In this document: one piece after another, positions 25,301 to 37,723 of the stretch | Layout of the letters: each line of letters begins with the position of its first letter | Numbering within the stretch: position 1 is the stretch's first letter | From: Amphiscolops sp. MND2022 | Lineage: Eukaryota | Length of the DNA: 64,000 nucleotides | Assembly (NCBI GenBank): GCA_964187785.1 | Contig: OZ076409.1 | Span: 79,610,001-79,674,000 of the forward strand | Reading direction: 5' to 3' | Notes under the pieces: model-generated | Seen by the model: the letters and a program-made list of their open reading frames with translations, nothing else | Told to the model about the DNA's origin: nothing | Database searches by the model: none | Program-made: the position numbers and the translations under genes

Positions 25301-27514
25301 TGAGTCTTCTTTATGCACGCAGTGATGAGGTAAGAAGTTTATCTGGGAGTCCGGCTTGAGAATTTCGTCTTCGGGTACTAGCTCAAGATGTTCGAGATTG
25401 ATAAATTCATGAATGAAATCTGAATAACCTTTTCGCAACATAGGGTGAGCCTCCAGACGCTTTTCTAAGCTGAGAAATCTTCGCTTAGCTTGTACGTAGG
25501 TATCACCTAATGCAAGCGCATCAGATTTGAAAGGCATTTGAACTGTAAATCGGTTGTTCTCGAATGTAGTTGTCTCTTGAAAATGCTTTTCACAAGCAAT
25601 TTCTTCAGATGTGTTTTTGTTTGCTTTTGGAACTTCTTCCAATTCCCAAAATTGTTTCAAATCGAAGGTATCATTGATGCAAAGCGAAGTATTAGCGATA
25701 GTTCCGGCGTGATTTGGTTGTTTTCCGGAAACAATCCAGCTAAATACCGTATTGCGGAAATGGAGGCCATTGTTTTCCGAAAGTTTTCCTTCTAGGGTAA
25801 TTTCTTCGGCAATGTCTGCTCCCAAAATTAAATCAATTGCACTGGAGACATTGAATTCAGGATCTGCTAAGTTCACAGTTCTCATGTGGGACTGTGCTGA
25901 CTTGTCGAAAGAACGACTGGGCAGAAGCTGGGTGAGACTAGGAAGAATGAAAGCGCGAACTTCAATGACTTTGGACCCAGATTTTGGTTTTAGACGTAAG
26001 AGAACACTTCCAGAGTTGTAGGTTTTTGCAACATTGCCAATACCGTTGACTGTCAGTGATTGTCTTCTCCGTTTCAATTGCATCTTTTGCACTGCCGACT
26101 CCGTTATGAGACTAAGTTGAGAGCCACTATCAATCATGGCTCGGCAAACGGTGATTGTAGAGGTATCATCCTCAACTGGCACCAAAGCAGTCGGTATGAT
26201 ACTAGATGCAGAAAAGTTGAATGATTGATGTGCAATTAGTGATCCCGTGACTTCGCCCTTTTGTGTCAAATCTGCATGAAGTAGAGTATTATGTTTTCCA
26301 TGACACGTTTTGCAGGTATGCTTTGACTTGCAATCCTTTGTTACGTGCCCTGAATTCAAATAATTGAAGCACAATTTGGATGAATAAACTAAGGCTTTCT
26401 TCTCTTTCATATCCAATTTACTGAACTTTTTGCATGCGTAAATTTTGTGATTTTCAGAGCAACATGGGCACGTTTCAGCAGATGTCTGGTAGTTCTGTGG
26501 AACTTGTCTTTGTTTCCGATTCCTCACGAACTTGGTATTTTGACTCACAGGCTGTTCTTTCTTTGCGGAATTGGATGCTTCTAATGCTTGTACACGTTTG
26601 TTGACGAAGTCTCGCAATTGATCAAGCGTTTGCAACTTCTTTCCTGGATAATCGAGTCCCCATTGACGTCTAGATTCGTGATCAAGTTTTTCAGAAACAA
26701 TTCTGACCCAAATGAAACTACTCGCTTCTGTATTGACATTGAGTGCTTCAATGGCCATCAAATTTTCTTCGAAGCTAACGAAAAGTTGTCGTAATTCTGA
26801 AGCTGATTCACTTCGCAGAGGCTTCAATTGCAAAATTGCGTCCAAGTGAGAGTTGACAATGAGTCTTTCGTTGTTGTAACGATCAGTCAATGATTTCAAA
26901 GCAATTTTATAGTTTGAATTAGACAATGGTAAATGGGAGACTAACTGTAAGGCTTCACCCGTGAGAGACGCTTTGAGGTAATTGAACTTTTGAATGTCGG
27001 GAATAACCGTATTGCTATCCACTGAAGCCAAAAACTGTTCATAGAAACGAGTCCATCCTTTGTATTGACCATTGAACTTGGGAAGGTCAAATTTCGGCAT
27101 ATTCAAATGTCCTGTTGTTGGGGAACTAGTTGATGTTGAAGTTGGTGCTGTGAATGCTGCGGTCAGAGCTGGATCTTGGACTTCAAATTGTTCAAGGAAA
27201 CTACTAATTCTCTCTAGCTGTGTTCCTATTTTGCTTTCAAAGTCGTCTGCGTCCTCAATTTCTTTCTCCATTTCGTTGTCTGTATCTGGAGTGATTTGCA
27301 GTGCTGCAGCATTCAAGGAAACAGCGTTTTCAAGTCTCTTCTCCAATTGTTTTTCTACTGCTCGCAGATAGCTGAGATCGTCGACTGTGACGTTTTCTTT
27401 TTCTTTGTCGAAAAGAGGTCTTAGTTTCAATTCTAGTTTGGTGGTCACACCAAGAATTGCTGAACGTGAACGTTTCAGCTATTCATGCGTTTTCCCCTCA
27501 TAGGTTGACGACAT
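22337..27514 (-). pseudogene. Bel/Pao Gag-Pol polyprotein (gag DUF1759, Cys/His knuckles, aspartic protease, RT, Pao RNase H, integrase, DUF5641); nonsense codon at codon 12
   Basis: Motifs LPKFNG..W..F, AMIDSGSQLSLI, LPHHCV..KLRVVFDGS, FYVDDYL, FTDASESAY, LPRLEL, SDNG, GGLWEAAVKS, LNSRPL and RPVVKL. ATG 27514 is in frame with the 1703-aa ORF but followed by TAG at 27481-27479. Confidence 0.93.
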
Positions 27515-27531
27515 GCTGCTTCGCTGATTGT

Positions 27532-27551
27532 TCCTGGGTTACGCGGCACCA
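27532..27551 (-). promoter_or_regulatory. Primer-binding site of Bel/Pao element (tRNA-His-like)
   Basis: TGGTGCCGCG starts 5 nt inside the 5' LTR end. TGGTGCCG is complementary to the 3' end of eukaryotic tRNA-His (..CGGCACCA). Confidence 0.7.
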
Positions 27552-27556
27552 ATTGA

Positions 27557-27788
27557 TGTTTCGATCAACTTAAGTTTCTATCTTTGTTCTAGAAACGTGG
27601 GAAAGATTTTACAAAAGTCAAGGTTGAATTGAAATCAACACAATGGAATGATGAGAGTTATGACAAAAGAGTGAATGAAATTTGAAAACCTGCATGAATA
27701 AATGATTCAGCATGTTTATAGTTATTGTGTATAAATTTGATTCGTCGCATGAAAATATGAGTCAATAAAGTACAAGTTCATTAGAACA
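27557..27788 (-). repeat. 5' LTR of Bel/Pao element, outer end shortened
   Basis: Matches the 3' LTR but lacks the terminal 15-17 nt (tttttagggcttcaa). Confidence 0.9.
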
Positions 27789-28373
27789 TGCTCTTTTGGG
27801 ATAACCAAGCGTTGAAAGAAAAGCATCTAAAACCATTTCCCCCCAAACAACGGCATGTATGATGCATGTCAAACTATCAAAAAGGTAAAATTCGCTATGT
27901 AATTTGAAATGGCGTGGAAGTAATGGAAAAGATCCGAAACTTTTTATGGAAGAGAAAGATCAGAAGTTTAAACAAATGGATTGAGAGATTTGATATTGAA
28001 GCATCATTTTGAAGCGTTTTTCATTACACTTCTTCATTTGTTCATCGTTTGAATCTTCATTCGATCAGACGTTCACTACTTATGATGAAATTATTACCAA
28101 GTTGGTAATAGAAGGATTTTCCATTACTTCGACAATTAACGAGATGACACCCAATAAATTTAGCATGATCAAAGCCCAAGAAGGCTTACCTGGGAATAAA
28201 CTCAACGCTAAAAGAAGCATCTAACCTAAGGAACGTAACGTACATTACAAAGGAATAATTTTTCCGTTTTTTCATTGGGGCCTTTTTTGGTAAATAAAAA
28301 TTAAATAAAAGAAATGAATACCCTGTTAACAATACTTGGCCTGGTTGGGCGGCATTTTCTTTTTTGATAATAA

Positions 28374-28928
28374 ACAAGCCGGGACCTCCCAAGTCGGCAC
28401 CATATCTAAGGGTCAAAAACAGCAAAAGGACTTCAAAGTGTCAAAGCATTCACTTCTGAAGTACCTGAAAAACCCGAAAAGTTGAACCGAATTTACGCGC
28501 TAAAGGGGGACCCTTTCGCAATTTTCAACATCCATTGTTGCAAAACATCAAAAAAATTGAAGGGTGACACTTTGGTGATTTTTTTTCTAAAAAATCTCAC
28601 ACTGCCGGAAAAAACAGAAAGGGATTTTTCAAGATCCATTGTTGCAAAACATCAAAAAAATGGAAGGATGACCCTTTGGTGATTTTTTTCAAAAAAAAGT
28701 CTCACACTGCCGTAAAAACTAAAAGGGGGATCTTTAGTCTCTCCCGGTAATGTATGTTACGCGGAAAAATAGGACAAACCTTTTTGGTTCAGTTCGCTAG
28801 GCCAAATGATTCAATTTGGGACCATAAAATTTTGAAGAACTTATAGGAACTATTTTGGTCAGTTCGTGTGGATTGAAAAACGGGTCACTATAATAGTCGC
28901 GTTTTACTTCATGAAGCGCCAATTAAAA
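28374..28928 (+). mobile_element. Helentron-associated-like repeat
   Basis: acaagccgggacctcccaagtcggcacc ... gtcactataatagtcgcg..tgaagcgccaattaaaa; same terminal architecture as the 12254 copy. Confidence 0.6.
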
Positions 28929-29811
28929 ACAACATTCTCCAAAAACACCGGAAAAAACTTTCGATTTACAAAGTATATTTTGGTTTTGCCTGCTGGCAAA
29001 AAACAAAAAACTTTACAGGCTACTATGGTTTTGCACTAGAATTCATTTTCTAGCTAATACACAACACACTGTCAATCAAGAAGTGGTGAAACGGCTGAAA
29101 TTCGAACTGATTACTAAGCTGCACGACATATCATCAGTATCTCAGGTTTCAACCCGTGACCATAGAAAAAAGTCAAACTCACAAGGCTAGAAAACACCGT
29201 AGATCGATTAGGCTGAAAATCAGAAATGTGCATGAGAAAAAAGGAATAGCTGGGTGTCCCAGGCTACAGCCTGTGACGGAAATCTCTACTCTGACTCTCA
29301 CAGCCATCAAAAGGCTCTCCAGGAAACAATCCCTCTTGAAGTAAAGCCTCCACATGAAATCAAAAAGCTCGAACGGTTATGTTTTGATACAATTTAGATA
29401 AATTTGTTACATTAATGCATGTTATTTTATTAGACACCAAACAGAGAAGCAATTGGAAACGTATCCAAATGCTTGCCTCTTTTGTTAGATGGAGGAGCCG
29501 TCCAAAACATGCATCAGCCAATCTGAGCGCGGGCTGATTTATCACATTCAATCTTTGTACTGGTGCTTAACTTAATGTAACTAGCCGTGTAAGGCTTCTA
29601 GACGTGGAAAGAAACGGGTGCTATATTCTGTCTTACCCTCTTAAAGTGAATTAAAGGGATGCTACCTTGATCGATGTTCCATAAAGATGCTATGTAGATC
29701 GAACATAGAGATATTGGTGACTAATCACCCCCTTCAATTTTATTATGCTTCCATGCGACAATCGTGAAATGGACTGTAGGGACATAGGCCCGTCGGGTCA
29801 TGTTTAATGCA

Positions 29812-30300
29812 TGAAGAGCAGACTTCATTGTTTATGTACCACTTTTTAGTGCAGACTTTATTCTGTTCACGGTGAACACAGCGGTCACGGGTTCGAGTCC
29901 TTGCTTTCGCCAGAATTTTTTTGATCATTTGCAAAAGCGGGCGAGACTGAAGGGTCCCCTCTTTCACTTTCTTTCGGCACTGTGCGACTTTTTTTTCAAA
30001 TATTTTGCCTTCAAAGGGTCCCTCCTCCAAGTTTTTTTAAAATATTTTGCAGCAAAGTTAAGTGCTAAAAAAACCTAAAGGGTCTCCCCTTTTAAGTTGA
30101 AAATTCTCATTATTCGTTTTTTTTCGAAAAAAAGTTTTCGAAACGTTTTTTGTCTCCAAAGGTTCCCCCTTCAACTTTTTTGATATTTCGCAACAAACTG
30201 GATCTTCAAAAAGCCTGTAGCGTCCCCCCTTTACTGTTTTGAAAAATTTGCGCTTTTTGAGCCTTAGATATAGCGCCAATTTTAGACGTTCCTGTCTTGT
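29812..30300 (-). mobile_element. Helentron-associated-like repeat (partial)
   Basis: Ends ttttgagccttagatatagcgccaatttagacgttcctgtcttgt, the reverse complement of the family 5' end. Confidence 0.6.
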
Positions 30301-30720
30301 TGTGGCGGTTGAAATTAAAATAATTGTTGTCTGCCAGGTTCAATAGGAGACAGAGGTGATCAGACCCTGCGAGACCCTGTTGGAATGGGGGGTTGTGTTA
30401 TAAATGCCATTATCTGTGCAAGGTAACCTTCCAAGGGCTCAAACTCTAATTAATTGACCGTTTGATTGGTCTTTAAATTCTGATGAGAGAACAATAACTA
30501 GATGGTTATACTTCACAGCAACGAGATGCTAACACTTTGGTTTAGAAAAATGAATGGATTCGAATACCTTTCTTCTACTCGGTTTTAATAATTTTAAATT
30601 CAACTTTATCAAAGTAGTAGAATACAACGAGAGCTTTTTCATGATTCGGAGAGTCTCTTTTTAGAGCTACTGAGCGACGTGCTTGCTCACTCCAAGCAAG
30701 GAAAAGTCCTTCAAGTCTGC

Positions 30721-31280
30721 AAAAAGACGAGAACGTCTAAAGTCGTCGCTATATCTAAGGCTCAAAAAGCGCAAAACTTTTTTTAAAAAAACTTGAAATT
30801 TTCGAAAAAATTTTCTTTCGGAAAATGTCGCACACTTTCGGAAAATGTAGAAGGGGGCCCTTTGGGATTTATTAACATATATTTAGTTGCAAAATATCAA
30901 AAAACTTGAAGGGGGGACCCTTTTGGGACATTAAAAAATTTTCGAAAAAAAAGTCGCACAGTGCCGAAAAAAATCCAAAGGTTTCCTTGAAAACCCCTTT
31001 AGGCACGTCCGGTTTTGTAGGTTTCCTTGAAAAAGTAAAAAAGGGGGGACCCTTTACACTCATCCGGTTTTGTAGGCTACATTTAAAAAGTAAAAAAGCC
31101 AAAGGGGGACCCTTCAGTCCCGTCCGGTTTTGTAGGTTACGTTTAAAAAGTAGGAAATCAAAGGGGGGACCCTCTGGAATAACTTAGATGCGTTTCCCGG
31201 GTATTCGTTTAGTTTCCTTCAGTTGAACGCTAACGTTCGTCGCTTCGAATCTGTCTTAAAAAAGAAAAAAAACGAGTGAC
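30721..31280 (+). mobile_element. Helentron-associated-like repeat split by the Gypsy insertion (its 3' end resumes at 50621-50665)
   Basis: Family 5' end (agacgagaacgtctaaagtcg) and ~58-nt internal tandem units (aaaggggggaccc..ccggttttgtagg). The 3' end gactgtaatagtcggac..agcgccgactaaaaa lies on the far side of the LTR element. Confidence 0.72.
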
Positions 31281-32014
31281 TGTAACGACAAGCTCTCACC
31301 ATTGTCGCCGTAACCATAAGAGCAGGAGGAACACATGGCATGGGTATTTGCCCGGGACAGGCGCCCATGGCCATGAGTCCATTTTGCCTCCTTCGGGTAA
31401 GAAATGTCCCGTCAGAGGAGGATTCCGCTTCTTAAGAAGTGCTCGCCGGCCTGATCCAGTCTGTAATTGCTAACAGTAGCGCGCATTACGCTTTTTCTTC
31501 GGAACCAACGCTTAGATAGCCTTTAAAAAATGCAAGTGGTGGAAAGGAAAAATCAAGTTTTTTAGAAGTTACACAGGAAATCGAAATGAGTAGCTCACGA
31601 GCTGTTACAACAAGAAAATACGAAAATTACTACATATTTAGCACTTTTGAGGCAGCAATTAGCCGAGGACACAAGCACGGATGCTTGGTCAAGCCAATTG
31701 ACTCATTTTCGGTAATCACAGCGTCTTGTAACGCTTCGCTGAAGAAAGCACTGGCTAGAACAAAGTTCAGTCCGTTTTGACAGAAATTTGAGTCTTTTTC
31801 TGACAGCGGCCGTGTTTTTCTGCAGTCTTCTCGTTCGGTTGGGGTCTGCCCGGAGTCTTTTGCTCAAATTCTCTTCAATTCTGTGGGCAGGTACTTGAAT
31901 AAAGACACGCTGCCGTCCAGCGGAATATGACTTTTCAGTAGAGGGGATATAGTCCCTTGAACGAAATTTTCATCGAAATTTTCGAAATCGTGTACTCGAT
32001 AGGTAATCGCTACA
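31281..32014 (-). repeat. 3' LTR of Gypsy element
   Basis: TG...CA termini; differs from 49887-50620 at only 2 positions found by eye. Adjacent purine-rich GGGGAGTGTA (32015-32024) is a candidate PPT. Confidence 0.95.
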
Positions 32015-32158
32015 TACACTCCCCGGGGTCTAGTCTTGACGTCCCCGTCAAGTGTGGGTTGGCATCATCGAGTCTTTACCCAGGGTCATCTATGTCCCAC
32101 TGAGGAGGTAGAGTGCACATCAAGTAGCGCTGGGCAGTTCATTGGGACGTCGTCAAGT

Positions 32159-32352
32159 TGGCCTCGTGGAAGTGTTTTTGACCCAGCGTTGCTGCATTTT
32201 GATCAAATCAATACAACTTCGTATACAAATCTTATACGGCAAGGTTACTTTGTTTTGGAGTATGGCCTCGTGGAAGTGTTTTTGACCCAGCGTTGCTGCA
32301 TTTTGATCAAATCAATACAACTTCGTATACAAATCTTATACGGCAAGGTTAC
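32159..32352. repeat. Two identical 90-bp direct repeats (32159-32248, 32263-32352) in the Gypsy 3' UTR
   Basis: tggcctcgtggaagtg...cggcaaggttac is repeated with a 14-nt spacer. Confidence 0.92.
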
Positions 32353-33138
32353 AATTACTTTTTGTAGCCTGTCGTGAGCAATTCAGGCGTTAAAATTTCT
32401 TTTCGGCCTTTCATACAAAAAAATTTTTTATCGCCGTTAGTGTTAAAACTTGTTTTAAGGTCAACGACCATCACATGACAGTTCAAAATTTATTTTCCGA
32501 AGCTCGGGAGCTTCGCACTGCTTGGCGTTTGATAAAAGTTCTTTTGATAAGCAGTTGCCATAAAATCAACCAATAAGTACGGTCAATTTAAAATTTCTTT
32601 TGCGAGACTTACTCTCAATCCTATCAGGTAACTCAAAGAAAAAACAATGGTCGAGGTCCATCAATCTTTTTATTCTATCCATTTCTCATCTCTCTCCTTT
32701 TGTTTCCTTTTCCTTCATTTTTTTCCTTCTGTCTTTTTCGACAATAGCAACAGTGTGAACAATAACTAGTAACTAAAAGGGTGTAATAGCACCGAAAATT
32801 CAGAGCACGGAGTGCGCACAGCGCATCCATAAGGTAGCATAAGGTAGCTTGAAAAAGCACTAACTGCAAACACAAATTGCAAATTGAATATTGCATTTAA
32901 CTAAGGCAAGGCAAAGGCGTAGTTTTATGGTTGGGTTGCCGGTCCCAAAACGGAATAATGAGGAGGATGAAGCCCGGGGGCTTCATCTCCACTTGGAGGT
33001 TTTTACCCATGACCAATTGGCACTTCCAAAATCAAAGTTTAGCAACAACAGTGGTTGAAACCATGAGGTTTCGCAAAGGTTCATTTAGCACAGGACTATT
33101 GAAGTTTAAAACAGAATGGCAATAATGTTAGGTTTGTT

Positions 33139-36100
33139 TTACTGGGTGGCGGAGAAGTGACGCGCTCTGGGGGAGACGTCGGCTTTCGGTTGTGGTTCGG
33201 ACAGGGATCCTCTTCGCACATTTCCTTCTCGCAGGACTGGCCTTGGTTCGGCGCTGGCAGTTTCATGGGTCCTGGGAGTCGTGTTTGAGCCACTAGGGCC
33301 ATTTTCTGCAGCTACGGGAGTTGAGACTTCTGGCGAATGTTCTTGCGCTGCATTGGCTGAGCCGCTAATATTGGCAGAACTTGTGGTCGACGTGGAGGTT
33401 GGGATCTGCACATCCAATCTACTGGCATTAAACAGGTGTGGTAGATCTAGCGGTCTATTGCGGGTGGCAATGGGTCGTTTCTGCTTGGCACTGAGTTTCG
33501 GGCGTAGATCAGGTCGGCCCCAGAGCCCGCAGGCTCTGGACCAGTTGTCCCTGTTTTCATGTTCTATAATTTGCCTGGAGGCTTCCCATTCGGGTCCGAG
33601 GGGATCACTCAGCAGTTCCATGACATGGTAGCAGGTCTCCGCTGGCATGTCGCTTCCCATAGTGACCCTCGCCTCTGGATTCCAAACAGGCATTGTCTGT
33701 GGAGGGATGATCAAGCCTTTTAGGCGCCCTTGGCGTTCCTCCAGGGTCCTTGACATCCAAAACGCCTAGTTTGTAGTGATCGCGATAGGCGTACTGCTCA
33801 TTAAAGCCTTTCTCAACCATGCTGATTGGCTTTGCCCGGGCATAGCCGATGGGTCCTCGCCAGTACCTGGCTGGAAGCTTGATCATCTGAAAATTATACC
33901 CCTGGTTTGTGTGACCGCCCATGGCTTGTACGCATTCGGTCACGTACTTCCTGAGGTGTGCGAAACTCCAATTGAATCGCTGTGGGATTCCATGGTGATC
34001 TAGGGGCGAATTGTACCAATTCAGCGGGCCGTATTCGCGAGGTAAAGGGCACGCCTTCTTTGTCCGGGCTTTGAGAATGCCGGCCAGGTTTTCGTCCTGC
34101 TGCGTTCCGTTCTTTATGGTGGTATACATGCGGGGTATTAGCAGGAACAGCCCGCGTTCAAGCATCTGCTGATAGTTGTACGGTTTTACATTCTTCAGAA
34201 AAGTCAGGATGGATACTGTTGGTGTCTCCCAGGCGAGTCGCAGAGGCTTGGTGGGATAGCGAAGTATCCCGGTTGGGCCAAATATCGGAGTTAGCACGGG
34301 TGCTAACACCGGTACAAGGTCTTCGACTTCAGCCAAAGTGAAATCTGCCAGCTGGTTAGGTGTCAGAAATCCAGCTACCTCGGTCACCAGCTGACGTCCG
34401 TCATATAATGGTTGGTGCTTATCTACGCCCACGAAAAGTCCCGAGGCAAAGACCAGACTGCAGTATATCCAGTGATATAACGAAGTTGTCATGCGCTCCA
34501 GGTGAGCGGGATAATCCTGAGCGTCTTTTCGTTGTAGCAGCTTGGCTAAGGCGGTGAGGCCTGAGATATTGCCTCGCGCAATCACTAAATACGAAAATAG
34601 CCATTCCAGATTACACTCAGTAACCAGGTCGGTCAATATCATCATTGGGCCAGCTACGAAGCGTTTCTGCCCGAAAGTGAGCATCAGTGCAAAGAGTTCG
34701 TTTACTTGCATGGTACCGATAATCTTGCTGATTTCGATCAACCAGTGCTCGTCTAAGTCGAACTCAACTCGATTAACATCGGGACTCCAACCCAATCCCA
34801 AACAGATGGCAAATTGGTCGGTTGACATCCCAAGTTCTTTTGCAATGTCTGCTACGTTGGTAGTTTGCAGCCGCTGGTACCAAGCGTCGTAGGTGCTGCT
34901 GAAGGCTTGGATTTCAGCCTGAGTCTCGCTCGTCAATTTTGCAGCAATATACCTCATTCCCACTGATAATTGGTCAATAAGGAGGTCCTTGGCAAATTGA
35001 ACTCGCGGGATGGCTCGTTCCACTTCTCGGTCGCTGGGGATTTTGCTCATTATGGCAGTGACTTCCGCAAGATCAATTTTAATGCAAGTCTTTCCACCGG
35101 AGGAGCGCGCGCGCTCTATCCAGTTATTCAGGCGGATTGCCTCACATTCAGCCGTACTAGGTTCTGGGACTCGCCTTTCTCCGTTGTTGTTGAATACTAA
35201 CAAGCCCATACGAGTGCCGTGATCAAAATAGATGGCATCATCGATTGTCAGCTGCGCGTTCCCTGTCTTTTCCACTGACTGTAGCACTTTAGACACTGAG
35301 GCAACATACCCCATGTAGGAAAGCCAGGAGGGACGAAAGTCGTTGGAGCTGATCCGCATATTGGGCGCGCAGATCGCAAAGTCTATTTCTCTACATTTGC
35401 AAATTTCTGTTACCATGTAGATAAATCTCTGCAAGGCGGGAGGCCACTGGCAGAATCCTGGGGGTGTCACAAATAAGACTGGCACGTTGAGTTTATCCTT
35501 TAGGATATTTTGGGCTTTTTCCATGGCTCGGGCCACATTCAGTGCTGCGTTGCGTACTGTTGTTCGCTGTGCTGGAGTTGGATTTATGATTTCAACGTTC
35601 GCGATCTGGGCCATTAGTCCTTCACAGGCCATGTGATCGAAAACGTTACTGATGATCACTCTGCGTGGGGGTGGCTCTTTGAAGGTCCCCGTCATCTCGG
35701 GGTCAAACATGGTGACCAACACTTCAGCCATCTCGGGGATACGTGACAGCGGTAGAGTGAAAACCATCACGTCTGACAGCACATTGTCAATGGGGATATT
35801 TTTGAGGAAGGTCGAGTCTATAAGTTAGGCGAAGCGCGCACGCTGCAACCTTTCTTTTGGCATTGGTAGCTGGGCTTCGAGGTCACGGGCGTACCGTGCG
35901 TTGACCTCGAAGGTCTCTCCAGCATTGAGGAAGTATCGGTCAGCGAATTGCCCACGAAGGTCAATGTTGAGGGCGTCTAAGTAGTTGTCTTCTACGTTTG
36001 GCAGCATATTCATTGCCTTCCCTAGCCATGGCGGCTCATTGGTAGGGGTGTGGTCGGGGCGAATTGGACGATTCATGAATACAGGTACATTCGCCTTCTT

Positions 36101-37510
36101 CAATTTCGCATGCTCTTCGTCATTCGGAGGACACATGTTCTTTTCAAGCAGTCATTCGGGTGATACAATAACTGCCGATTCCCAGATACGTCGGGAGTCC
36201 TTGGTGATCAGCGTGCCCTTCGTGTTTTGCATTGGACTCAGGTACGTCGGTTGCTTTGTAAAGGTCCTCTTAGTTGGGTGTTGAATTGCCTGTTTGCGGA
36301 GTGGGGTTCCAGTTGGACCACTGTTGGTTATTTTCAATCCTGGGTAATCACCCATTATGTCCTTGACAGTTCGCTGAGATTCAGGGGTGCCTTGATAACC
36401 CACAGTTTGCTCCGTTTGTGGCTGTCTTGATGTAGAAGGCTTAGGAGTCGCTCGTTGAGCCAGCGACTCGCGTGTTGTAGACTGCGTGGATGGTGGCTGC
36501 GGCAGTCCTTGTTGTTCGCCTGTTGCGTTTGGTTGTGGCTGGGGTGAGGGAAGCACGGATGCTTCCGACACTTTTGATTTTGTTTGGTTTGGCGTTTTGG
36601 AGGTTGTGGCCTTCTCGTTGGAGATCTTTTTGTCGGGTGTTGGCTTGCTCGAGGGGCTGTCACGGGCAGTTAGTGGTTGTTGAGCACTCTTTTTTGTTGG
36701 AGAAGGGTCATTGCGTTTTCTGGAGGCAGGGCGGCTCTCTCCTCCCCCCTTTTGAGAAGAGCGGGAAGGCGAACGACTGCGCTCTACAGTCACGGTGCGG
36801 GAGTGTCCTGGCTGTTCAGACTGAGGATTGACGTGAGGAATAGTGATGGCATCTTGACTTGTTTGGGTCGAAGTGACGTTTTCGTTGCGAATAGTGACAG
36901 TGGGCAGAGCAATTCGGCGTAGTTCAGGCCAACACTGCTCCATGGATTGCATGAAATCAGCGTAATTAGGGTTGATAGCTACTGCTTGCAGTGCTGAGAT
37001 AACTGCTTGTTCTGCCATTGGTTGATTGGGCAAGTTAGGTACTGTAGGAGCAGAAGTGCGCGCACGCACTACTGTTTGTGGCGTTGATGCAGGAGGTGGC
37101 GGTGGAGGTGGAGGCGGGCAAGAAGGGATCTGTAGAGATCTGGTCTGATGGACTCCGCCATTCGCAGGACTGTATGAGATCGCTGCACGATCATCCGTAA
37201 AGTGATGTGTGAGATCATGGCCGTGCCACACTCCATCTTGATATGTCATGGATCGTTGGAACCCAGGAAAGCCTGAAGTAATAGATATCGTCAGCATAGG
37301 GGCTTGCACTTGTGACTCCATCTGGGCTATGATTGCCGCCACCCCGGCAACTGTAGCTGGCGACAGACCTTGGTCGAGTCTGTCTCGAATAAAAGCAATT
37401 TGTGGGGTACGCTGGACACGCGCAGTGTCGTAAACGCGTTGCCCCAAGGCAGGAGAGTCATCTGAAGACCTTGGAGGGACGTTGTTGCTTCCATCGTTAC
37501 CTTGGTTCAT
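33139..37510 (-). pseudogene. Gypsy accessory ORF2 (~1,450 aa reconstructed): Pro/Ser/Gln-rich disordered N-terminus, SGNH/GDSL-like domain, large unknown helical region
   Basis: ORFs 37510-36152, 36136-35825 and 35782-33605 share one frame, separated by single stops (36154 TGA, 35827 TAA). A 1-nt shift near 33760 leads into 33756-33139. SGNH-like blocks lie at ~35273-35845. Confidence 0.8.
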
Positions 37511-37723
37511 GACGGAAATTCTGAAAGAGTGCAGGTCGATTGTAGCACACTTGATAGTAGGGTAACACCATAGGTCATTTTAAGGGTAATACCAAGGAAA
37601 GTAATAGGATATCACAAATTAACAATGAAGGAAAAGGTAACGTATTAGTTTCAAGTAAACTCCGTGTCGATTCACTGAACTTAATCGAGCGGACAAAACA
37701 AAAAAAAGGAAAAACAAAAAGTT

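Larger units (their letters stand above)
21029..27788 (-). mobile_element. Bel/Pao LTR retrotransposon, full length, probably inactive
   Basis: Paired LTRs, PBS, PPT and a single Gag-Pol ORF. CATGC occurs at both junctions (21024-21028 and 27787-27791). Confidence 0.95.

Noticed and set aside
31276..31780. Short ORFs duplicated at 49744-50386
   Set aside because: They are antisense translations of the two LTRs.
32159..32352. Repeat-spacer-repeat as a CRISPR array
   Set aside because: Only two 90-bp units, inside a eukaryotic retrotransposon, with no cas genes.
33139..37510. ORF2 as an env gene
   Set aside because: No signal peptide, furin site plus fusion peptide, or C-terminal TM anchor is recognisable.
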